DNA of 64,000 nucleotides from an uncultured Ignavibacteria bacterium. Its GTDB lineage: Bacteria; Bacteroidota; Ignavibacteria; SZUA-365. Made by a program: the position numbers and the translations under genes. The stretch lies in assembly GCA_913061095.1 (NCBI GenBank), contig CAJXVM010000022.1, forward strand, positions 7,845 through 71,844. Direction: 5' to 3'. This document shows positions 28,701 through 35,624 of this stretch, piece after piece. Position 1 is the first letter of the stretch; each line of letters opens with the position of its first letter. The notes below the pieces were generated by a model that was not told the DNA's origin, made no database searches, and was given only the letters and a program-made list of their open reading frames with translations.

Positions 28701-28747
28701 GCAGCGCGGAGCAGGCAGCCGTGCGGCGGATGGTCATCGTGCGGTAA
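22751..28747 (+). CDS. Giant T9SS-secreted surface protein, paralog of 14102-20353 (propeller, ~13 ASH Ig-like domains, cohesin-like domain, CTD)
   Basis: Signal peptide MARLVPPVL..SHA-Q; TWDGGRTW repeats; colinear Ig units; shared FNRTMLYP; LDQNRPNP...GSYVY CTD. Confidence 0.85.
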   Translation: MARLVPPVLSFLFVLTLIAPSHAQTGKWQEMSMSGKVSHILDMDMADENFGIMVTEPDIANDLSGIMFTTNAWNSFSVVTADSPIFVPSLPDWARFRAVDVLNTNRAYIVGDSALAYETWDGGRTWHQMVVEWDTTLYQTPPTFHDVHFIHALEGIIVGGDGFEANQTGGEFHFADVYVTTTAGFTWDEMKVPSQYLLAGIGALLTVDYAGGKYIMGGEYGLLLEFDGAGNFTPIYPVSKSLISNYFFTDISMASATDVYIVGQNATSQAPVAYKSILNGSRYVNMVPGSLPFGVDGMWQVDFLTPDRGMIGAGMHYIGVTADGGYNITPHSVGINPPRTPMTALKMVGPQKGFACGGDTAANVGWVIEFFGVPPEADISTTDTKITFPTISCERSVDGGMWLRSSGSGELQITKNDITFSPPEYEIVNDHIFPLNMRPGVDIELIVRWTPSQSYSGTQVGTMTIRNNDPDNNPWTVQLEGTRNHGSLDFLSEMFLSYGTCLKDTMEYQIPVMATGNQDPQFIGMEFVSGDDDFDLLEPAPGTLVQGAETFTFIFAPQDSALRRGVYRFIHGDPSCPDTTNVALSGIGHLSVIAASSDTIDFGEICHGEVKDTTITLQNFGNTFASVSGLERSSGDPGFSTTIYGMILRQDSSKTYTLRFNPLSAGDFEGTYVLRYGPCQDSLVFHFTGKALETTVEFDPKSPVRIGPIFANRTAGQTITITNSGDTPARLTSLGFSKLLPPLQIVNRPALPMTLLPSQSTSVTLRFAPVDIGEYNTSILLEWDARCPDSAEVEINAICIPNPQIDPPASADLGTQRCPTPLRDTVIIRNRGNGPLVFYSISVSGPDRDHFRVISPVIDDTAAPASDFPMIVEFDRDTEGRSHAIVRLTHNDKDAGLTDIDVTANRTIAEYIVEGDSTTAFFTRLFVAENRSFVIRNNSNEDVTITDLTVVNDASVFSVQPLQPLPVLLKPNQTLGFDVTFTPNARGPFRGIVQIISDPCDLHYALGIDGTGDTDGLSPDRGDITFALDPCTFTPACEPIVLKNQGLEPVEVTGLSITPGSSVFTLDPPVITPFSMNPNEERTIRVCASPSLLGTENASLVITSDDPAYPSLSVALHASRDSIGFALSTQDVDFGQLADCDDVQPQNVIVTNTGTGAETLDISFADGTAFSATATGSITIPPGKNSGFFVEFTRPGYGVFNDVLILTSQTCGTEYRITLHAEAVEQIYTAAPDPLTFPTVNVGGASTRTFSLQNAGGLDAVIASVDIVPTGTFSLQSGWPSQIDAGSGGSFDIRFNPQSEGTFTATACVIITAPCPDTVCIELSGDGVQGTLEVQPPLLSFGTRAQCQMLTLYDTLSNTGTGPITILSADITGTNAPAFTNLTPVTNDETIDAGNSRIFEIRFDPAIATGDGPVIAALTINTDDIVLPTFDIPLEATRVTLLPAAGGTIDFGPVEVGNPESRTVTFRNDGSVPLCYTTASLPTGITMTPTPPFCIDPGTTEDVTLTYTATAAGSFGDMAALYVESPCADSTRFLLRADAQEGTLTQPDTLDLGTLAWCDAQTVDFSIVSSYLQDIMIESMRMEGPDASFFSITFPDPSSLPAVLGAGSSQDVSIQFTPDEQTRRFTATFISAFTAFGSSIERRTVIIANVIVPALIVGNATFPTTVIGQSGGTQTIQVENTSGIPVSVSSITASLPDFVINTMTPAPPATLQPGQTIDVVVEFLPTTAGTLSADLLVSSDAPCPFSITGILEGEAIPQPIVDVTLSVADIQAEVDQTVDIAVLVDQDLGPAEVTQWSGSLSFNRTMLYPTEVMTEATLSSAMTVDMQYDNATGTVSLEGSGARVSGSSDVLVIVRCLVLVGNDLTTPITISEDFSFDDGYARVVSRQNGSFDLVNYCLPGDRLVSERPGFVLDQNRPNPVSQGRRPLTTISYALPEETAVTLDLYDMIGRHVRRIDEGVRPAGLHTVNLSVSGIEPGSYVYVLRSAEQAAVRRMVIVR

Positions 28748-28812
28748 CATTCAGAAACAATCGCGCCTCATGGAATTCATCCATGCGGCCGTCCTGAAAA
28801 GCAGAACACATG

Positions 28813-28851
28813 AAAACGGTCATGCTTCACCAGTCGCAGCATGACCGTTTT
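28813..28851. terminator. Bidirectional intrinsic terminator
   Basis: aaaacggtcatgct...agcatgaccgtttt perfect 14-bp stem between convergent genes. Confidence 0.8.
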
Positions 28852-28874
28852 ACTTACAGTCACCCTTTATTTTC

Positions 28875-29582
28875 CTACTTTTTCCTGTTTCTGCGGGGTT
28901 TGCGGGCGTCGGGGGCGACGAAAATGACAAATTCACGCTTCCGGTTGTGCGCCGTGTAGTGGTCGAGCAGCTGGCGCAGCGTGCCGCGGCGTACATCCTC
29001 GCGTTTGAGTGTGAGATCCGCGGCCACGACGGCGGGACGCCCGCCGCCGAATGCGGAAACGAGATCATCGAGCACCTGCACAAGACGGTAGGGCGCGTCG
29101 AGAAAGACGAGAGGGACGGGAATATTCCGCAGGTGCTGCAGTTCACGCTTGCGCTCAGGGCGCTTGGGGGAGAGAAATCCGTAGAAGTAGAATCGATGGG
29201 CATCGAAACCGGACAGGGCGAGCGCCGTGGTGAGCGAGGTCGGGCCCGGAATGGCAGTGACATGAATCCCCGTATCCAGTGCTTCGTTGAGAAGATGCCG
29301 CCCGGGATCGGCGAACACCGGCATGCCGCAATCCGAAATCAGGGCGACATTTTTCCCCATCGCAAGATCGAGAATCACCTCATCGGTCGCCTCTGTTTCC
29401 GTATGCTCGTTGATCTCCACGAGTTCCCTGTCGATGTCATGCCGATGCATCAGCCGCAGCGCCGTCTTGCGCTCCTCGCAGGCGATGTAGTCGACTTCGC
29501 GCAGCGTACGCAGAGCCCGGATGGAAATATCATCCGGGTGTCCGATGGGCGTTCCGACGATGTACAACGTGCCTTTTTTCAC
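28875..29582 (-). CDS. rsmI: 16S rRNA (cytidine(1402)-2'-O)-methyltransferase
   Basis: GTLYIVGTPIG..DISIRA, ALISDCGMP..ADPG, IPGP, FYGFL. Confidence 0.9.
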   Translation of the reverse strand: MKKGTLYIVGTPIGHPDDISIRALRTLREVDYIACEERKTALRLMHRHDIDRELVEINEHTETEATDEVILDLAMGKNVALISDCGMPVFADPGRHLLNEALDTGIHVTAIPGPTSLTTALALSGFDAHRFYFYGFLSPKRPERKRELQHLRNIPVPLVFLDAPYRLVQVLDDLVSAFGGGRPAVVAADLTLKREDVRRGTLRQLLDHYTAHNRKREFVIFVAPDARKPRRNRKK

Positions 29583-29584
29583 CG

Positions 29585-30274
29585 CTACGCCCTCCCCATG
29601 CGGCGGAGAACGGCTGCGGCAATATCCAGATCCCCCGGCTGTGTGATCTTGATGTTGTCGTGCGATCCCTCAACCACTTGCACCGGATATCCGAGCGCCT
29701 CGATCAGTGCGACATCATCCGTCACCGTGATTCCGGCCTCGGTGGCATGACGGATCGCTGCGCGGAACATGCCGGCACGCGCAGCCTGCGGCGTCTGAGC
29801 CTGCCAGATCGTGTGGCGGTCGAGCGTGCGCGTGATCACGCCGTCACGGACCTCTTTCAAGGTATCGCGCGCGCGAACGGCCAGCAGAGCGGCGTCATAC
29901 CGTGCGGCGGCTTCGGCAACGTCTCGCACATGGTGCTCTTCGACACACGGACGCGCCGCGTCATGCACGAGGACGATCATATCGTCATCCGGCACGGCGG
30001 CAACCGCCTGCGCTACGGAATCCTGCCGCCGCGCGCCACCCGGGACGATCTCGACAGCGGTTTCCAATCCTCCCTCACGCAGCAATTCCCGAAGCCGCTC
30101 GTCGTCATCCGTTGCGACGATGACGTGCTCGCAGGCAGGCATGCACGCGAACAGTGTCAGCACGTGCAGCAGTATCGGTCGTCCGAGAACCGGGAGATAC
30201 TGTTTCGGGATGGCGCTCTTCATGCGTGTGCCGGATCCCGCAGCGGGGATACATACTGTAAAGGGAGTCATCAT
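29585..30274 (-). CDS. ispD: 2-C-methyl-D-erythritol 4-phosphate cytidylyltransferase
   Basis: PAAGSGTRM..PKQYL, GGARRQDSV, VHDAARP, QTPQ, TDD, NIKIT. Confidence 0.95.
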   Translation of the reverse strand: MMTPFTVCIPAAGSGTRMKSAIPKQYLPVLGRPILLHVLTLFACMPACEHVIVATDDDERLRELLREGGLETAVEIVPGGARRQDSVAQAVAAVPDDDMIVLVHDAARPCVEEHHVRDVAEAAARYDAALLAVRARDTLKEVRDGVITRTLDRHTIWQAQTPQAARAGMFRAAIRHATEAGITVTDDVALIEALGYPVQVVEGSHDNIKITQPGDLDIAAAVLRRMGRA

Positions 30275-30287
30275 ACCTCACAAAACA

Positions 30288-30320
30288 AACGTCACCCTTC
30301 GACGAGCGGAGGGTGACGTT
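30288..30320 (-). terminator. Intrinsic terminator after queA
   Basis: aacgtcacccttcg/cggagggtgacgtt stem with T-rich tail on the minus strand. Confidence 0.7.
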
Positions 30321-30358
30321 GAAACATCAATCACCGCGATGCGGCGTGGATCCGCCGA

Positions 30359-31393
30359 TCAGAGAATGATCATCGCATCGCCGTAGCTGAAGAGACGGTA
30401 CCTGTCCTTGATCGCCTTTTTGTATGCCTTCATCATGAGGTCGTAGTCGGTGAAGGCGGCCACCAGCATCAGCAGTGTCGATTTCGGCTGATGAAAATTC
30501 GTGATCAGCTTGTCGGTGATCTTGAAATCGTAGGGCGGATAGATGAATTTGTCCGTCCATCCGCGCGTTGGCGCCAGCTGGCGCATCGTGGTCACACTGG
30601 ATTCCAGCGCGCGAACGGTGCTCGTGCCGCAGACGAAGACATTTTTCTTCGCTTCCTTCGTCTTGTTCACGGCGACGCAGGCCTCGGGCGGGATTTCATA
30701 GTACTCGGAATCCATCTTGTGCTTGGTAAGATCCTCCACTTCCACCGGACGGAACGTGCCGTGACCGATATGCAGAAGGACGGAAGAAACCGACACACCT
30801 TTCTTTTTCAGGCGCCCGAGCAGCTTCCTGGTGAAGTGCAGGCCGGCAGTGGGAGCGGCGACGGCACCGATCTGCCGAGCGTATACGGTCTGATAGTTTT
30901 CCTTGTCCGACTCCTCGGCCTCGCGCTTGATGTACGGCGGCAGCGGTGTCTGTCCCACACTGTCGATCAGCTTGAAGAAATCGCCGTTGTAATTAAAGCG
31001 CACCGTGCGCCCGCGGGAGGTCGTGTTGTCGATGACCTCGCACATGAGCTTGTCGGAAAAGTAGATTTTATTGCCGATGCGCACCTTGCGTGCGGGATCG
31101 ACGATGACATCCCAGAGCCGCTCCTCCTTGCTCAGTTCGCGCAACAGGAACACCTCGATCTTTGCATTGGTCTTCTCTTTGCGTCCGATAAGCCGCGCGG
31201 GAAACACCTTCGTGTCATTCAGCACGAGGGAATCACCTTTCTTGAAGTACTCGTGGATATCAGAGAAGGCGCGGTGCTCAACATCCCCGGTGTCGCGATG
31301 CACGACCAGGAGACGGGCCTGATCACGCTGCTCGACGGGATATTTGGCAACGAGCGTCTTGGGAAAATTATAGTCGAAATCGGAAAGTTTCAT
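30359..31393 (-). CDS. queA: S-adenosylmethionine:tRNA ribosyltransferase-isomerase
   Basis: MKLSDFDY, NDTKVFPARL, PLPPYIKR, YQTVYA, AAPTAGLHFT, TNFHQPKSTL, FSYGDAM. Confidence 0.95.
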   Translation of the reverse strand: MKLSDFDYNFPKTLVAKYPVEQRDQARLLVVHRDTGDVEHRAFSDIHEYFKKGDSLVLNDTKVFPARLIGRKEKTNAKIEVFLLRELSKEERLWDVIVDPARKVRIGNKIYFSDKLMCEVIDNTTSRGRTVRFNYNGDFFKLIDSVGQTPLPPYIKREAEESDKENYQTVYARQIGAVAAPTAGLHFTRKLLGRLKKKGVSVSSVLLHIGHGTFRPVEVEDLTKHKMDSEYYEIPPEACVAVNKTKEAKKNVFVCGTSTVRALESSVTTMRQLAPTRGWTDKFIYPPYDFKITDKLITNFHQPKSTLLMLVAAFTDYDLMMKAYKKAIKDRYRLFSYGDAMIIL

Positions 31394-31497
31394 ATGGCCG
31401 GGCCTGAATAATGAGGAAATACACTCTCTCGAATCAGAAAAACGGCGAAACACCTCGAACGGGACAACGGGAGGCACCCTTTTTCGCCGCATTTACA

Positions 31498-31563
31498 AAA
31501 ATACAAAAAACGGGAGGCGCTGTCAACGTAATAGTTGACGATATGCCTGAAATCCCATATATT
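31498..31563. promoter_or_regulatory. Back-to-back divergent sigma70-type promoters for queA and the acyl-CoA synthetase gene
   Basis: Minus: TTGACA(31526-31521)-N17-TATTTT; plus: TTGACG(31535-31540)-N17-TATATT. Confidence 0.6.
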
Positions 31564-31763
31564 GCGGGACACCCCTCTTTTCTCTTTTCCGTTTCCGACG
31601 CTGTTTTTCGCTGATTATCAAGCATTTGAAGCGCCTGCAGCAGACCTCTGCTTCATCCATGTTTTTGATTTCAACGGGCATTTTGACAATTTCAGGATAC
31701 CGTTGTCGCATTTGAATGCGACACGACGCCATCCAACCGCCATCCAGACCAAGGAGTTCCCGT

Positions 31764-33818
31764 ATGATCGCCCCCCAGCTGCTGAATCCAAGGAGTATCG
31801 TCGTCGTCGGAGGTTCGAATGACATCCACAAGCCCGGCGGAAAAGTCCTCAAAAACATCATCGATGGAGGGTTTTCCGGCGCGCTGTACGCAAGCAATCC
31901 GAAAGAGGACGAAGTGCAGGGAATCCGCAGCTACCGCGATCCTGCGGATCTGCCGCAGGTGGACCTCGCGGTGATCGCCATCGCGGCGAAATACACGCTC
32001 CCGGTGATCGAATTACTGGCGAAGGAAAAGGGCACGCGGGGATTCATCATCCTCAGCGCGGGCTACAGCGAGGAAAGCGAAGAGGGCCGGAAGCTCGAAG
32101 AGCAGATCGTCGAGGTCGTCGACAGCGTCGGCGGCTCGCTGATCGGCCCGAACTGCATCGGGATCATGACGCCGCAGCATATCAGCGCGTTCACCGAACC
32201 CATACCGAAACTCGATCCGAAAGGCGCGGATTTCATTACCGGTTCGGGCGCCACGGCCTGTTTCATTCTCGAGGCGGGTATTCCGAAGGGTCTCAGTTTC
32301 GCGAGCGTCTTCTCCGTCGGCAACAGCGCACAGCTCGGCGTCGAGGAAGTTCTCGAACACCTCGACCTGACCTTCGATCCCGAGCGCAGCTCGCGCGTGA
32401 AACTCCTCTACATCGAAACCATCAGTAATCCACAGAAGCTGCTCAAACACGCCTCCTCCCTGATCCGCAAAGGCTGCCGCATTGCCGCCGTCAAGGCCGG
32501 ATCGTCCGAGGCGGGCAGCCGTGCCGCTTCCTCGCACACCGGCGCGCTGGCAAGCTCCGACACAGCGGTGGACGCGCTGTTCCGCAAGGCGGGCATCGTG
32601 CGCTGCTACGGCCGGGAGGACCTGATTACCGTGGCATCCATCTTTTCCTCACCGCCGTTGGAAGGAAAGAACATCGCGATCATCACGCATGCCGGCGGTC
32701 CGGCCGTGATGCTCACCGACGCGCTCTCCGAGGGCGGCCTCAGCGTCCCGCATCTCGAGGATCCCGCCGCGGACGAACTGCTGACGCATCTGTTCCCGGG
32801 TTCCTCGGTCGCGAATCCCATCGACTTCCTCGCAACCGGCACCGCCGAGCAGCTCGGGACGATCATCGATTTTGTCGATCAGCGTTTTGATGACATCGAT
32901 GCCATGGTCGTAATTTTTGGCACGCCCGGACTGGTGAAAATCTTCGACGTCTACGACGTGCTGCACGAAAAAATGAATACCGCCCGGAAACCGATCTATC
33001 CCGTCCTGCCTTCGACGCTGACGGCACGTGAAGAGGTCGACGCCTTTTTGTCGAAGGGACATATCAACTTCCCCGATGAGGTCACCTTCGGCAACGCCCT
33101 CGCGCGGGTCTGGAACACCCCCGCACCTGCGGCGGAAGACACGCTGCCGACGGTCGACGTGCAGGCGGTGCGGGATATCATCGAAGCCGAAAAAGACGGG
33201 TACATCCCTCCCTCCTCCATTCAGAAACTGCTCGATGCCTGCGGCATCCCGCGCGCGGGCGAGGCGGTCGTCACGACAGCCGATGACGCGGTCGCTGCCG
33301 CCGGCGAACTCGGCTACCCCGTTGTCATGAAAGTTGTGGGTCCCGTGCACAAATCCGATGTCGGCGGTGTCATGCTCAACATCGCGGACGCGGAGGAGGT
33401 ACGCCGCGAATTCACGCGCATGATTGACATTCCTGAAACCACCGCCGTACTGCTGCAGCCCATGCTTTCGGGCACGGAGCTGTTCGCCGGGGCAAAGAAA
33501 GAAGAGAAATTCGGTCACATGGTTCTGTGCGGACTCGGCGGCATTTTCATCGAGGTTCTGAAAGATGTGAACAGCGGCCTCGCTCCGCTCACGCGCGAGG
33601 AAGCGCTGTGGATGATCCGCCACCTGAAGGGACACGGCATCCTCGAGGGCGCCCGCGGGCAGGAGGGCGTTGACGAGAATGCCTTCGCGGATGTCATCGT
33701 ACGCCTCGGCGCACTGGTGCAGGCAGCGCCGGAGATCGCCGAGCTCGACCTGAATCCACTGCTCGGCAATGCGCGCGCGGTGACCGCCGTTGATGCGCGG
33801 ATCAGGATTGAGAAGTGA
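31764..33818 (+). CDS. Acetate/acyl-CoA ligase (ADP-forming), fused alpha-beta
   Basis: CoA-binding N-terminus, GPNCIG, SHTGALA phospho-His motif, NPID, C-terminal ATP-grasp HKSDVGGV and ELDLNP; SD aaggag. Confidence 0.9.
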   Translation: MIAPQLLNPRSIVVVGGSNDIHKPGGKVLKNIIDGGFSGALYASNPKEDEVQGIRSYRDPADLPQVDLAVIAIAAKYTLPVIELLAKEKGTRGFIILSAGYSEESEEGRKLEEQIVEVVDSVGGSLIGPNCIGIMTPQHISAFTEPIPKLDPKGADFITGSGATACFILEAGIPKGLSFASVFSVGNSAQLGVEEVLEHLDLTFDPERSSRVKLLYIETISNPQKLLKHASSLIRKGCRIAAVKAGSSEAGSRAASSHTGALASSDTAVDALFRKAGIVRCYGREDLITVASIFSSPPLEGKNIAIITHAGGPAVMLTDALSEGGLSVPHLEDPAADELLTHLFPGSSVANPIDFLATGTAEQLGTIIDFVDQRFDDIDAMVVIFGTPGLVKIFDVYDVLHEKMNTARKPIYPVLPSTLTAREEVDAFLSKGHINFPDEVTFGNALARVWNTPAPAAEDTLPTVDVQAVRDIIEAEKDGYIPPSSIQKLLDACGIPRAGEAVVTTADDAVAAAGELGYPVVMKVVGPVHKSDVGGVMLNIADAEEVRREFTRMIDIPETTAVLLQPMLSGTELFAGAKKEEKFGHMVLCGLGGIFIEVLKDVNSGLAPLTREEALWMIRHLKGHGILEGARGQEGVDENAFADVIVRLGALVQAAPEIAELDLNPLLGNARAVTAVDARIRIEK

Positions 33819-33909
33819 TTCATGGGAATCTGATCAGCGAAGCGGCGAAGGAAGCGAAGGATTGTCGCCGGAGGAACATGAGAAGAAAAGCACGGCGTAT
33901 CAGGACGAC

Positions 33910-34608
33910 GTGAGCAGGACGGAAGATATACGCGCGGAGCTGGAGGCGGTGTTTCCTTTGCGGGAGATGGTCGTGACCGCGGGTGGACGTGAATACCGGC
34001 TCACGACAGCGGAGGATATCGAGCAGCTGATTGACGGTATCACGCAGGAAGAATTCAGCAAGGATGAGCGGCTGCCGTACTGGGCCGAACTCTGGCACAG
34101 CGCCGCAGCCCTGGCGGAGTTTCTCGCCGGCCAGTCCGCCCGGCTTCGCGGTACGCGCGTTCTCGAGATCGGCTGCGGCCTCGCCCTGCCGGGCATCGTC
34201 GCAGCTGCAGCAGGTGCGCGTGTCACCTGCACCGATTTCGAGAAACACGCGCTGCTTGCCGCTGAACTGAACTTTCTTCAGAATCTCCCCGGCTATTCTC
34301 CCGATATTCAGTATATCGATTTTCGCGAACCGCCCGATAAACGCTGGCCGCTCATCATCGGCGCGGATGTCATCTACGAGAAGCGCTTCATCGAACCGCT
34401 CGCACAGTTTTTCGGAAGAGTGCTGGATGAGGATGGTACGATCCTGCTCGCCGAACCGAATCGTCTGATCGCCGTTCCGCTCTTTCAGGCGCTGGAACGC
34501 GACGGTTTCCGCTGGAATCGGCACGGGCGCCACGCGGAACTGCACGGCCGTGATGTGGAAATCAGCATCTACGAGATCAGCCGTTCTCGCGCAGCCATTT
34601 TTTCATAA
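33910..34608 (+). CDS. Class I SAM-dependent methyltransferase (Methyltransf_16 / lysine MTase-like)
   Basis: PYWAELW, VLEIGCGLALPG, IIGADVIYE; start uncertain (GTG 33910). Confidence 0.8.
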   Translation: MSRTEDIRAELEAVFPLREMVVTAGGREYRLTTAEDIEQLIDGITQEEFSKDERLPYWAELWHSAAALAEFLAGQSARLRGTRVLEIGCGLALPGIVAAAAGARVTCTDFEKHALLAAELNFLQNLPGYSPDIQYIDFREPPDKRWPLIIGADVIYEKRFIEPLAQFFGRVLDEDGTILLAEPNRLIAVPLFQALERDGFRWNRHGRHAELHGRDVEISIYEISRSRAAIFS

Positions 34609-35410
34609 TTGACCGGCGCAGATTGTCAGACTTCCAGCCATTCGGACATTTCTGCGCGATGCGAAATGCCGCAGCCGCTTCCTTCTCCCTGTCGTCCGCG
34701 ATGTATGTGAGGCCGAGTTCGAAATGGTGGCGCAGAACGTCGGGGCCCTGCCTGATGGCGGCCTGGAAATGTCTGATGGATGCTTCGATGCTGCCATCCG
34801 GCATGGATCCCAGAAACATGTTCGCCAGCTGCCGTTCTATCCAGCCGACCTCCGCCACCTCGCGGTGCCAGGTCCCGTATATGGTGTGTGCGACTTCGTT
34901 CCTCGGGTCCAGCTCCAGGGCGCGATCGAGTTCATCTCTGATCCTGTTTGCCAGCTTCACCTTTTCCTTCCCGCCCGCGAACATCGCGTAGCTGCCATGC
35001 GAAGCAGCGAGATAGGCCCACGCATTGGCGTTCCGCCCGTCCGCGCGCACCGCGGCTTCCGCATACCTCACGGCGTCGCGGAAATACCGCTCCTGCGCCT
35101 TGCTGTCAGTGGTTCCGTCTCCATCGTTGATGGCATGCTGCGCCAGGCGCCAGAGAATTTCCGCTTCGTTTGGATACTGTGGGAGCAGATCTTCGAGCAG
35201 CTTCCGCGCGGCATCATAGCGCTCCTGGAGAAACAGCTCCTCGCTGCGCGCGATGGTGGATGCGAGTGCCGCAGACGGATCGGCGATGCGATCAGGTTTC
35301 GCGGAGATGGCGGCGGTCAGCGGCAGTGCGACTGCAAGCAGGAAAACAGACAGCACGACCTTGCCCGGCCGCATACTGCGGGCTGTCCGCGGTGCCTGCG
35401 CGCTGTTCAT
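34577..35410 (-). CDS. Exported TPR-repeat protein
   Basis: Hydrophobic signal segment followed by helical TPR-like repeats (EILWRLA, ALELDP.N); start uncertain. Confidence 0.7.
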   Translation of the reverse strand: MNSAQAPRTARSMRPGKVVLSVFLLAVALPLTAAISAKPDRIADPSAALASTIARSEELFLQERYDAARKLLEDLLPQYPNEAEILWRLAQHAINDGDGTTDSKAQERYFRDAVRYAEAAVRADGRNANAWAYLAASHGSYAMFAGGKEKVKLANRIRDELDRALELDPRNEVAHTIYGTWHREVAEVGWIERQLANMFLGSMPDGSIEASIRHFQAAIRQGPDVLRHHFELGLTYIADDREKEAAAAFRIAQKCPNGWKSDNLRRSIMKKWLRENG

Positions 35411-35624
35411 GCTTCTCGATCTGGATGCGAATTTCATATTCGGTCTCAACTGTGATACGGATCTCCCGCGGTCGGCGGTCGGCATTTCCATCGGCGTTGA
35501 CACAGGGAGATTTAAGATAGACTATATCCGAAACATCGGGTTCTGTTGTTGTGGTTCCTGGATATGACACAAAAAACTCCCCGCCCGTGTGGAATTGTTC
35601 AGGGAAATGTGAGATTTTTATGAG

